The notes below the pieces were generated by a model that saw nothing but the letters and a program-made list of their open reading frames with translations, made no database searches and had not been told where the DNA came from. A stretch of 63,423 nt of DNA, the filler included, from Octopus bimaculoides (lineage: Eukaryota), in the NCBI RefSeq assembly GCF_001194135.2. It is 7 parts of 7 records of this genome, joined end to end, with 100 filler letters (N's around TTAATTAATTAA, not from the genome) between each part and the next. Parts side by side here need not be neighbours in the genome. Positions count along the whole stretch, not along the records: positions 20,421 to 38,670 come from NC_068985.1; 6 more parts are not named here. One strand, written 5' to 3'. The position numbers were made by a program, and so were the translations under genes. Shown piece by piece: positions 25,325-37,730 of this stretch. Position 1 is the stretch's first letter. Every line of letters begins with the position of its first letter.

Positions 25325-27298
25325 TTGGTATGTATAGCAGGTTGACTTTAAGTTCTATATACACATATTTCTACATGGTAGCTATAAAAACGATAATACT
25401 AGAAACAGTGATATCCTCCGTGAAGGGGATTGAACGCTACACGACATTACTGGCGACACTGAGGCATCTTCGCACCAAACATATTTGAAAGAGCAGCAGA
25501 AAATGGATCCGCCATCGATTGCCTGGATATAGATGAATTGTCTAAAATAGGTAATACAATGTCATATCTTCTCAGGGTATTTCAAGATTATTATTGCATT
25601 CCAAAGCAGTATCATACTTCTTTTGTTCTTGAGAATTAGTGTAAAGTATATATAATCATCAAATCTTAATCGGGTGGGAAAATTTCCTGTACAGCATTAC
25701 ATCGTTCGCTAAAGTTAATATCTAATAGAGTCCCTTATCAATTATTTTTCCATGTGAGTGAATTACTAAAATGCTAACATTCAACCCGATGTACTCCAGT
25801 ACAAAATGGTGAGACAAGTATGCAAATTTGACAATTAAATTAGTAGTATGTTGCCTATGAAAGCGCACTCGAAATTTTATCAGTTTTAATGATCAAAACC
25901 AGGAAAGAAATCTGTTGAAAAATGAAAAAAAACAACAACAACATATAATTATGCTTTTAATTCAGTAAGTTATCTAAATGATTTTTCTTTCAAGAACTAA
26001 AGTAGTAATTAATTCTTTACAAAATAAAACAGGATGGGATTTTTCGATAATCTCTTTTTGTCTTTTTCCCGTTTCAAGTAGTTTTCTGATTTACTGTCCA
26101 TTGCATTTTAATTATAACTATTGAATTATGATATGGAATTATGATCACAGGTGTAGTTTATTAATATTTTTATCCCTCTATATGACTCAATTGTTCACTT
26201 CTATCTAATTAATTCGAACATAATTAGAATTCTTTTTGTAAAACTTAACGAGAATGGTTTGGTAAATAACTAATTATTGCTTTCACTCTGCATCAGCTGA
26301 ATGTTTTTCAATTGGGTAAGTTATTCTATTATTCATTATCAGAAAAAAAATATATTTGTCCTGGTGAGTTATTTACCGATTCCATGTTTTGAAATTAGTA
26401 CGGTACCAACATTGTAAACTAAAAGAATTATTTGTATCAATTTTACATTAAGCAAAACACAAATTAAACCTATTATTTCTATTATCGATTAAGTATCATC
26501 TGCTCAAATGAGGGTTCTCTTGTCAAGCAATATGCAAAGTCTTTATTTAGTATCACGTGTATTGCTCCATTAAGTACAATTTCCCTTGGGGAAATCAGCA
26601 AACAGTAAAGATACGAAAGTAACTAGATTTATCCCATTTGTTTTAGAACTTAATTTATAACTTAATTTAAAGCCTCACAAGTTTAACGCTTCAGAGTTGG
26701 TAACAAAGATAATATTTCATAAAGAGTGGAACCAGCTGGTTCCCTGTATAATGGGAAGGATTACGATTGTAACTACGGCCAAGCTATTTCTACACTGTTC
26801 ATGTTAATGGTGATATTTATCTAATGTTAGTTATCAGCATACACTATTTTGAAATCTCTATCGAAGTATAATTACCCACATCTGATTTAAAATAAAAATA
26901 GCCTGTGTTAATGAGTTGAGTTACTCCAAGAAGATTAAAACTAGGTAATGTAAGTTATCAGCATATAATATTTTTTAATCCATATCCAAGAATAGACATT
27001 TAGATAGGAATTTAATGTGCACTATCAAGTGTTAATAAGGTTAATAAGGTGAGTTGTTCCGAAAATATCCACAATATATATAGGAAGTTTATGAAGATAT
27101 AACATCTTCTAATGTCTATCGAAGTTTAAATAGTCCTATTAGATTAAAATATGAAATATCGAGTGTACTGTACTTAATTTTATTAGGTCAATTTCACGAA
27201 CAATTATTTGAATAAATCATATCTATATTTCTAAATTGTGTCACAGGACTATTGAACTTTAAAATTTATAAAGTTTATCATATAAACTATATGCATCA

Positions 27299-27584
27299 GC
27301 ATGGCCGCAGCCCTAAGCTGAAGCTACAGAAGAAAAATTCTAAGGTATCCTACAGTGTATATTGCCTAAAGGGCCGGATGCATGAACGACTTATATCAAT
27401 AAGAACATTAACGTCCATATGAAGACGTTTCATTATTTAGAAATCTTACTGTTGCTTTTTCTTCTGAAAATGATCTAAGTTGTGTGTAACATCGAATTTC
27501 AAGTTTTACATAAATAATAATTCCAATGGTTCGCGGAGGTCCCCTGCGACAGCAGGGGTTGCAGGGGCTTAGCGCCGGCCCTGC
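27299..27584. mobile_element. Possible small MITE with hAT-like (CAGGGCCGG) termini
   Basis: Right end CTTAGCGCCGGCCCTGC; left end GCATGGCCGCAGCCCTAAG is an imperfect inverse. Internal hairpin CCCCTGC-GACA-GCAGGGG at 27541-27558. Confidence 0.4.
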
Positions 27585-28248
27585 TATAAATAGATATATT
27601 ATTTCGTGTTAGAGCTAAGGTTAGTATTTAGCACGTATGTTGTTACCGTAAGTGTTTACCAAATTTTCATCCCGTCTCTATTTCGTGCTTTTAACAACAA
27701 GATAGGATAACTTCATAAGACAGCAGCATCCACAAATTAAAAAAAATTTAAAATTTGTGGAGAGTTAGGGCTTCGAACGAACAAATAACAACAGAATGGA
27801 CGTACAAAGTAAACAATGGTCGAAAACAGACATTAAGGGCCGTTAGGCTAAGACAAATTGTAATGGGTAAGGGCTGGGAGACTTGGGAGACATTTTAAAA
27901 GGAAATAGAATAAATTTAAGAGAAGAAAATAGAAGAAAAGAAAAAATGTCGGGAGGTGAGAAAAATGTCGTCCGCTCCGGTGGACGTCTTCTTCAGAAAA
28001 GACAGGGGCGAGAGAAATAGCCTGTAGTCACGCGTGAGCAATAGACAGAAGAGGAGGGGGACAAGAGAGACGATGAGAGAAAGAAACAAAGGGAGTGAGG
28101 AGAAGAGAAAAAACGAAAGATAGTAAGGAGTGGGAGAAAGAGGAAAGCAAAGAAGAAGGGGAGAAACGGAAAATATAGAAGATTATAGAGGGATAGAGAG
28201 AAAGATACAAAGAAAACAGAGTGTGGAGTCTCTGAAATNNNNNNNNNN

Positions 28249-28284
<36 letters not shown>

Positions 28285-28902
28285 TATGAGCAGAAGTATT
28301 TGTTTGCCGTTTGTATGTGTGTGATATACCTTGATACGTGTACGTATAAATGTAGTCTTGCACAGTTCCAAGTCTGCTCAGATATGTCAGATTCACTGAT
28401 ATTCTTCTCCATCTCTCATACGTATTGTATTAACCAGTCTCACACTATAGTTCGAAAATAAACAACCATTGTTCTCTTGCATATAATCAGTCACAAGAAA
28501 ACGACATATAATATCTGACATATAGCATTGTGAAATAAAACGAATTTTTTTTAAAATGTGTATTTGTTAATTTTGTCTAATATTATTCGATAATTTAAGG
28601 TGAAACTTTCTGTTGCTGAAGTTATGTACTACATTGTTAAAATGTTTGTTGTTAAGATAATTATCCCTCAAAGCTAAAAAAAATTATCTTGAAATTTTAA
28701 AAGTGTTTACGCTTTTATAAGAAAATTTATCTATACTGAGAAAAAAATTGTAACATCAAATTTATTTCTGGTAACAAAAGACGTTTTTCGTAACAAAAGA
28801 CATAAATTGAAGAAAAAGATTACTATCAATACCTAATTTCTGTTCTACAAATAACAAGACAACGCCTACATCTTCGCTCCATGTTTCAACTGTCGTTACC
28901 AT

Positions 28903-29455
28903 CGTTTTCTTAGAAATGTGGGTTGTAAGTTTGAGCACAAGGCCAGCAGTTTCTCAGAGGGAAGTTGTTAGTCAGCTGCATGGATACCATGCTTAATGGG
29001 TGATTATTTTATTGACCTCGAAAGAGGAAAGGCAAAGTCAAAACACGCTGGCCACCTTATGATTTTTCTATATGTTGCGTCAAAGCCAACATCTCATACA
29101 AATTTTATCGACTACAGAATGATGAAATAGAAGATTCGGCTAGGCGGAATTTAAGTTCAGACGTAGTGTATCGGACGAAATAGCAGTTAACATTTTGTCC
29201 GACGCGTCAATGACTCGGCCACCTCAAAGCTTTATAATTGATTAAAATTTTGGCACAAGACCAGCAATTTTATTACGTGTGTTTTAGTTGATGACATCAC
29301 CACCAATATTTTAGTAGTGTTTTATTTTATCGATTCTGAATATGTGAAAGGCAAAGTTTCCCTCAGTGACATTCGAACTCAGTACGTAAAGAACCGGAGT
29401 ACACGCTACACATCTTTTTTCACGGCACTAACAATTCTTCCAGTTCGCCGCCCTT
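28903..29455 (-). mobile_element. Cluster of 2-3 degenerate family-A SINE fragments in the same orientation
   Basis: Reverse-complement similarity to 31640-32096 (ttggcacaagaccagc..., gaactcagtacgtaaaga, cagttcgccgcc). Confidence 0.7.
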
Positions 29456-29775
29456 TTCTTTCCGATAAGTGATGCAGTAAATAACGCTTCATTGACGCTT
29501 TCTCTGTAAAACTGCGACATACAGATTGAGTTGTATTTCGTTGTCTAAATATTTTTAATATCTTAGTAACGTTTCTCTTTGAAAATGCTGGTAACTGAGT
29601 TGTAACTGTTTTATTTAGTTCTCAAAATAATCAGGACAACAGTTTCACAGATGGTGAATAGGGCACTCTACTTAGGTCTATTTTCTTTTGTTACCCGGCT
29701 GTTATTTATGTGCATGTCTGCTATGTATTTTTCTTCTCATTTAGTAACACACGTAACATTTTTGCCGACATATAC

Positions 29776-29779
<4 letters not shown>

Positions 29780-29860
<81 letters not shown>
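29780..29860. repeat. (CT)n microsatellite
   Basis: Direct reading. Confidence 0.98.
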
Positions 29861-29865
<5 letters not shown>

Positions 29866-30465
29866 CATCCTCTCTCCCTTAGGATATTTGCTTTATTCTC
29901 GTTTATATCAACAGTCTCTTCAAATGGTTGGTTTAATATATAAATGCGTGTGACCAAATGAATAGACGCGCTAAATATGGATATATCAAGCTACGTCTAT
30001 TAAAAATGCACGAAAATTGCTTCAACATTGTAAGTAAAGAAACCAGCAGTCACGTCATGATACATTGCATTACAGAAACTGTTGATAAACCACAGAAACC
30101 ATCTCAAACAGATTTTTGAACAGGACTGATTATGTTCGTATCTCATTAGATATTCAAATGAGATACTTTGCATCGCCCTCTATCTTAAGAAACATTGACA
30201 CCTAAAGATTAAATATAAAAACAAAATGTAAACAAATTTTGACTAACATCATCATACTACATAATACTACAAGCTTGGTGAATGCAAATAAATATCTTCC
30301 TTCCCAAGTATTTCGCAATAACTTTTTTAAAAAAATAATCACCTGTCGTTTTTCTTCATCTAGTGATTCTACATCTCTTCATTTTCTCTGGCAATATATG
30401 TGTTTGTGCTTGCATATACATACACGTATACACAAAAAGATATATACCATCACACACACACACAC

Positions 30466-30533
<68 letters not shown>

Positions 30534-31298
30534 TTTATATGTATATATATATATATATATATATTAGATTGGACACACTACACATATATTTAATTCATAC
30601 ATTTGCTGTTAGAAAATAGAGAGAGATGATAAAGAACTTGTGTGAAACGTAGATAACAGATACGTAATAAGAATAGGAAGTATAGAGAAGAGACTGCTTT
30701 AGATAAATTAGATTTAAAAAAATTAGGAGTAGGGAAACGTTTAGATAATCGCAGTAAATATTTTATCATTATTGTTTTTGTAATAGTTTACAAATACACT
30801 TCTAACACATGTATATTTATCGAGGTGGCAACAAAAATCTATTATGTAAAAGGTGAGAGGAGATCGAACTATGGACGTTACATAATGCTGCGAAAGATTT
30901 TTGTCTTTCCATAGAAATGAATATATTTCTATGACGGAAGAAATGCATCAACGGAAAGAAATACAAGCGTTGATACAAATAGACGAAAATATATTAAAAC
31001 CAGAGAATGGCATTGTTCATAAGAAGAATTTTATTTATTTTATCATTAAATATTTAATGATTTCTCGATAACAAAACAAACATTTCCGATATTCTATAAT
31101 TTTTCGAACAAGAAGCATTCTTTAATTTATGAGGAGTTGAAGAATAACAGATTAACCAAACACTTTCCAGATGAAAACGTTTCCCAGGCTTTTGTTGAAT
31201 AAATTTGAGCTTCAGAAAACAGAAATATTTAACTAACTTCAGATATTAAGGTTGGCAAATTAGAATGGGTTACTTTATTAGATGCAACTAAACATAGA

Positions 31299-31546
31299 AT
31301 ACATTATTTACAATTGACGGATATTTGTCCTCATCTTGTTTGTTTTTAGCACAACATTTCGGCTGATATACACTCCAGCCTTAATCAGGTGTCTTGGGGA
31401 AATTTCGAAACTGGGTTCTCATTCCTAATGTGTTTTTCGATGTTGTTATTATTATAATTATTATTCAGGTCACTCCCGGGAATCGAACTCGGATTCTTGG
31501 TGTTAGTAGCCCGCGCTCTTTACCACTACGCCATATGCCAGTGGGC
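31299..31546 (-). mobile_element. tRNA-headed element with a hammerhead-like 3' module (SINE-ribozyme chimera)
   Basis: A box 31533-31523, B box 31490-31480, a (TAA)n linker, then GACAC-CTGATTA-A-GGCTG-GAGTGTATAT-CAGCC-GAAA-T-GTT^GTGCT (about 31393-31348). Confidence 0.75.
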
Positions 31547-31639
31547 AATTATGGAGTGATATGCTGTTCATATCTGCACTCGGTCTGCTTAGGAGGTTGT
31601 TACGCTTATACAGTATGTTATCAATATTATATTTGAGAT

Positions 31640-31858
31640 AAGGCGGCAAGCTGACAAAAATGTTACCACGTCGGGCGAAATACTTAGCGATATTTCGTCT
31701 GTCTTTACGTTCTGAGTTCTAATTATATAGAGGTCGATTTTGCCTTTCTTCCTTTCGGGGTCGATAAATTCAGTACCAGTTGCATACTGGGATAGATCTA
31801 ATCGACTGGCCCCCTCTCCGAAAATTTCGGGCCATGTGCCTAGAATAGAAAACATTAT
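31640..31858 (+). mobile_element. tRNA-headed SINE family A, copy 1 of a tandem pair
   Basis: aaggcggcaagctgac...ttctgagttc...cctttcggggtcgataaatt...ggccccctc.ccgaaaatttcgggc. Confidence 0.9.
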
Positions 31859-31870
31859 TTCTACTTTTTA

Positions 31871-32096
31871 AAGGCGGCGAGCTGCCAGAAATGTAACCAT
31901 ACCGGGCGAAATGCTGAGCAGTATTTCATCTGTCTTTACGTTCTGAGTTCAAATTCATTCCGCTGAGGTCGACTTTTTCTTTCATCCTTTTGGGGGTCAA
32001 CAAATTAAGTTACATTTGCGCACTGCGGTCGAACTAATCGACTGGCCCCGTCTCCCCAAATTTCGGGCGTTATACCTAGAGTAGAAAAGAATATTA
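31871..32096 (+). mobile_element. tRNA-headed SINE family A, copy 2 of a tandem pair
   Basis: Direct repeat of 31640-31858, with B box GAGTTCAAATTC. Confidence 0.9.
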
Positions 32097-33709
32097 TATT
32101 TGAAGTATATGGATTGCAACGATTTCCCATATAACTGATTTTGGAGAAATGTAATTAATGAAATAGTTTTTATTCATTTTAATAAGTATGGAATAAATTT
32201 CACCGAGAGGTAAATTGCAAAATGTGTAAATACTTTAGTTTTAAAGTTTGTTGCAATTTATAGGTTTTAACATTTGTTTTCGAAGTTCATGTTTTTTTTT
32301 TTTTAATATTAAGTTTGGTGTTCTGAGAAAGAATCAAAATGCTAATTACAACGTTGTAATTTATTTTCCTCGAATTCAAAATAATATTTCAAAACGGATC
32401 TTGAAATGTTAATTTTTTTGCGTTATCAAATGTAAATTTAGCATGACGTTTTTAATGGGCAATTTACGTGATTAAACTTCTTATACGTATTCGATGCTGA
32501 AAGTTGTTTAAGACTTTGTACGATTATTGTGTGCTATTTTTGATTTTAGTAAAAGATAAATTTAATATTCTTCTTGTCAAACATTTTGAGATGAAAATGT
32601 CTTCCAAATTGCTTATCTAGCCAACAAAATAACTTTGACTATATTCTCATTTACACTGAGATTATTTACGATGTAGAAATACTATTATCTATCTAATAAA
32701 TTTTTTCAGTAACAGACTAGAGAATTGAAGAAATATATATCGGATTAAGCGTTTTTATTATATAATAAAATGTTTCACTAAATCATTATCTTACACAATG
32801 GGCATTGTATTTCCCATCTGAGAGTATAGATATATATCAAGAAACTTAAGCATATGTGCTATTGTGTCACCAAAAATATTCCAGGTATAATCTGTTTATA
32901 ATTTGCTGAGAATATCTGCAATTTAATTGGCGCTTTAGTGTCTTCTAAGGAATATTACAACATCTCTGTACAGAACTTAACCAACTTTACTGGAATTAGT
33001 ATTTAACAAATACAAATTCAAATTTGTCTAATGAATATTCCAATACATCTTCACACAATGACATATATTGGAACTTCCTGAAGCTATTGTTTAGCAAATG
33101 CTAATTCTTTCTGTGTGTAATGCAAATATTTCTGCATAGAATTTCTTTTGTATTGTGGAAATTACTGAAGAACATATCTAAATTATATAAGCCAGTGAGA
33201 TCAAGTTTTCTCGCACATAAATATATCGCTATATAGAAACAATAATATATACTTCTTTGTATAGTAAATAATCATTATAAACGAGTAACAATATTCTCTG
33301 ACATGCGCACACATTTTCATTGCCAAATTCCAAACTAATATATTCAACAAACATTATTTAATGTTCGTTGGAGCAAATGTTACTTCTCAGTTAAAAAAAT
33401 TAGGGAAACTTATATAATGTATATTATTCAAGAAATTAATAATTGAGTTATTGTATTCCATGTAATAATTTTGGGAGTTTAATAAATGTTTTTGCAAAAT
33501 ATATGCATGTGACTGTTTGTGTGTGCATATACGTATGTATATATGAATGCATGTATCTATGCTCCCTTCTCTCTTTTAAATATTCAAAGTCATCATGTAT
33601 GGAAAGAGTTGGTTTCTAACAAAATGTATAAGAAATAACAAAAATACAATGTCACATTTTCAATTTGAGATACGTCTTGAAATTCCTTTACGATTTTCTT
33701 CTATGTTTG

Positions 33710-33844
33710 TGTTATGTCCCAAGCTACTGCTATCTAGCACCTTCGGATGATCTCTACTTGACTGCTCCTCTACCACGGGTAGACTACCTCTATTTATATC
33801 TCTTGGGCGCTCCTACTTCTTCGCTTGGGGGCGTCGACACAATA
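33710..33844 (-). mobile_element. Solo LTR (135 bp) with 5-bp TSD GTTTG
   Basis: gtttg[TGTTATGTCCC...ACACAATA]gtttg; TATAAATA on the minus strand; homologous to 59307-59481. Confidence 0.8.
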
Positions 33845-35329
33845 GTTTGCTGTTATGCTTCTTGGTTACATTTACAATGTGCATTAGTATGGAGTATGTA
33901 TGGACGTATGTATTATTCTACTAGCAATACCAGGTAGATTTCGGTATATTTAATGAGAATTTTGTGCATAGACAAAACGCATAGTAAGTGAATACAACAT
34001 AATCATATTACTATAATATCAAGATTTATTATTTTTTGTCTAAATAAATAGTTTCATAAATCCAAATCGCATTGAAAATGTAAACAAAATACCATTGATA
34101 TCAGAAACTAAACACTTTCTCTGAACGTCTCTTATTTCTCCTCTTCTGAAAAGTGTGGTTTTAATAACAGACTACTTAAGATATATTACACCAGTAATAT
34201 TGCAGAAATGTACTTGTCTAGCAAGTGATTTGCTCTGAGTCCTTGTGCTGAAACTATCTCACTTAAAGTGCGAAGGAAATTAACTTCATTTGATATTAAC
34301 CTCAGTTGATCATTTGTTAGTTTACGGTCGGGGTTTACCAGTGACCTGGTTACTGATACACTACCGTTGCATCGTACAAAAAGTGTCAGTAACCGAGTGG
34401 CAGATAACTGAGTTGCAGATTGTGCGACGAAAATAATAAATAAGTGAATTAAATAGCGCGTTTTGGAAAAGCTAATATATTTTTTTCCATGATGTAATTT
34501 CAATAATAATATTATTTGTCAACGGTAAAACATGATTTATGCCATTATTTTAAATGTTTCTTCTATTGATTCTTACATTTAGCTAACCATATGTGCATAA
34601 CTTGTTAGAAAATATTAAACGATACTAAACGAAATGGCATTACATGTTAACCAGAGATTTAGCTGTTTAGATTATCAGTATCAGCAAATACAAACATCTT
34701 AGTATGAACAATTCATTAAGATATAGCAGCAAAATTATTATATGAATGTGGAGCTGATTGCCAAACGCATGTTTTGAAAGTCACCTCGACCTTAGGTACA
34801 TTCGATGTGTTTAGGATTATATATTTGGGTTTGTATATTAATTGTTATTTTTGAAATATTCAGTTATTAGAGTAAAATGTTAAGCTTTAAGTAATTTCAG
34901 CCTCTAAATCTATAAGCTTCTATCTTGGTGTGCACCACCCCGCCCTACACGTTGGCGAACATGAGATGTTGAATCCGCACATGCGTATACATCTCTGCAC
35001 AAACTGTTAAATATAATACACACACACACACACACGCACACACACACGCACACACACATAAATATAAAAGTAAGATTCAGCTGAATTAGGTACTTAAACT
35101 GACGCACATCTTTAAGTCAGAATAATATACACACACAAGTGTATTATGTCAATATCAAACATGGTACATAGGTACCGGCGGAATGATATTCATCCAGTGT
35201 ATGTAGACAATTAGAACCTGCTGAGTAAATAAATCCGCTCTTGAGCTATTCAGATATGAACGTTGTATTAAATATACTGTCCATAATATTTACGAAGGTC
35301 AAATTCCAAGGCAGGTGTATCAAATATAA

Positions 35330-35916
35330 ATGAGTAACAGTAAAGGTACTTGTGTTAATCCATTACGGCCATTTCTGACAACTCCTTTAATTGTAAAGAA
35401 ACCTTTTTCGTCAGATGAATTCATGAAATTCAAAATGATTTTATCGGCTTGTAGAGATAAATTTTGTGTAATGTTTCCATCACAAACAGCCTTGAGAATT
35501 TAATAGGTTGACCAGACCACAAATCATTTTTCTTACCACTGGCAAGTAGAAATTATATAACTCCTTAATAGCTAAACCCAAGACTTATGGAGCCACACCC
35601 CACTTTCTCTCCTGTTAGAAGTAGAGATAATTAGGTCACTGCTGTCAATTATTCCTTCCCTCTCATAAAAGTTCTCCTAACCTCTAATTTTTTTCTATTC
35701 TGATAAAATATACACCATTCTGTTAAATCCATTCTGTCAACTGAAATACGAGCAGAATCACTGTAAATGATTTTGCTCCGTGAATTTTAAACTATGTAAA
35801 ATCATTTTGTATTTCATTTTGTCGTTCAATGTCCTTCATTTTGAAGTTCATGAATTCATCTGACAAAAACGATTTCTTCATAATGATGGACTGACACATA
35901 TACCTCCACTGTTACT

Positions 35917-35919
<3 letters not shown>
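35330..35919. mobile_element. Foldback/MITE-like element with imperfect inverted arms of about 80-110 bp
   Basis: ATGAGTAACAGT... / ...ACTGTTACTCAT; the reverse complement of 35395-35435 matches 35850-35880 (cattttgaa.ttcatgaattcatctgac.aaaa). Confidence 0.75.
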
Positions 35920-35979
<60 letters not shown>

Positions 35980-36000
35980 CGTGGCACTCATCCTTTACAA

Positions 36001-36255
36001 TCAACAGAACAGCAAGTGGCTGAGCACTCCACAGACACGTGTACCCTTAACGTAATTCTCAGGGAGATTCAGCGTGACACACAGTGTGACAAGGCTGGCC
36101 CCTTTGAAATACAGGTACATCTCATTTTTTCCCGCTGAGTGGACTGGAGCAACGTGAATTAAAGTGTCTTGCTCAAGGACACAAAGCGTCGCCGGGAATT
36201 GAACTCACGACCTTACAATATTGAGTCCAATGCCCTAACCACTAAGTCACGCGCA
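36001..36255 (-). mobile_element. tRNA-headed SINE, family B
   Basis: Minus strand GTGACTTAGTGGTTAGGG...GAGTTCAATTCCC...gtgtccttgagcaagacacttt...gctccagtccactcagc. Confidence 0.9.
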
Positions 36256-36689
36256 TTCTCTTATATATATGCATATACATATATCTGTGTGTGTGTGTGT
36301 GTGTGTCTGTACGTTGGCACACGCACGTACACAAACACTTATCCCCCCAGGCGCGCGCACGCATGCACACACTCTCTCTTATACACAAGGGTTATGATAA
36401 TTCATGATCTGATCCCCTTTCATATGCATATTCATTTGCTTATTCTAATATCTCGCACGACTTCACGGGATCTCATGCTATTCAATTGCTTTATAATATT
36501 TTTATCCAAGATGGAGTCGCACATCAATGCCCCAAGGTACAAACTTGAATAGTTGTTCAGAGATATGTCTCTGAACATGAAATCAATGGTAGTCTGGTCA
36601 CCCAACTAATAAAGGACATACACACACATACACACACGTGCGTATGAATACGTGTGTAAGCACTGGCTTTCTAACAACACTTCAGACTC

Positions 36690-36722
<33 letters not shown>

Positions 36723-37525
36723 NNNNNNNNNNNNNNNNNNNNNNNNNNNNNNNNNNNNNNNNNNNNNNNNNNNNNNNNNNNNNNNNNNNNNNNNNNNNNN
36801 NNNNNNNNNNNNNNNNNNNNNNNNNNNNNNNNNNNNNNNNNNNNNNNNNNNNNNNNNNNNNNNNNNNNNNNNNNNNNNNNNNNNNNNNNNNNNNNNNNNN
36901 NNNNNNNNNNNNNNNNNNNNNNNNNNNNNNNNNNNNNNNNNNNNNNNNNNNNNNNNNNNNNNNNNNNNNNNNNNNNNNNNNNNNNNNNNNNNNNNNNNNN
37001 NNNNNNNNNNNNNNNNNNNNNNNNNNNNNNNNNNNNNNNNNNNNNNNNNNNNNNNNNNNNNNNNNNNNNNNNNNNNNNNNNNNNNNNNNNNNNNNNNNNN
37101 NNNNNNNNNNNNNNNNNNNNNNNNNNNNNNNNNNNNNNNNNNNNNNNNNNNNNNNNNNNNNNNNNNNNNNNNNNNNNNNNNNNNNNNNNNNNNNNNNNNN
37201 NNNNNNNNNNNNNNNNNNNNNNNNNNNNNNNNNNNNNNNNNNNNNNNNNNNNNNNNNNNNNNNNNNNNNNNNNNNNNNNNNNNNNNNNNNNNNNNNNNNN
37301 NNNNNNNNNNNNNNNNNNNNNNNNNNNNNNNNNNNNNNNNNNNNNNNNNNNNNNNNNNNNNNNNNNNNNNNNNNNNNNNNNNNNNNNNNNNNNNNNNNNN
37401 NNNNNNNNNNNATATATATTCACCTGTTTTCATATAATATTTCATGATGTAAAGTATGAATATATTCATGTGTGCATCTATGTGTGTCAGTTATTCAGTG
37501 AATAGCAGGACATTTGTTTGAGCGC

Positions 37526-37557
<32 letters not shown>

Positions 37558-37584
37558 ATCTGTATATATATGCATGTGCGTGTC

Positions 37585-37730
37585 TGTGTCTGTCCCCCAA
37601 CAAAAGTATCTGATAGAATAAGTACTAGGCTTACAAAGAATAAGTCCTGGGGTCGATTTGCTCGACTAAAGGCTGTGCTCCAGCATGGCCGCAGTCAAAT
37701 GCCTGAAACAATTAAAAGAATAAAAGAATA
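37585..37730 (+). mobile_element. SINE-like repeat, family C 3' part
   Basis: gatagaataagtactaggcttacaaagaataagtcctggggtcgatttgctcgactaaaggc...gcagtcaaatgcctgaaaca. Confidence 0.85.

Noticed and set aside
27965-28000. CTGAAGAAG-ACGTCC...GGACG on the minus strand
   Set aside because: GAAA and stem I are missing; it may be a decayed pLTR but cannot be supported.
35537-35611. 75-nt minus-strand exon with branch point, acceptor and GTAAG donor
   Set aside because: Stops in all three frames, and it lies inside the foldback element.
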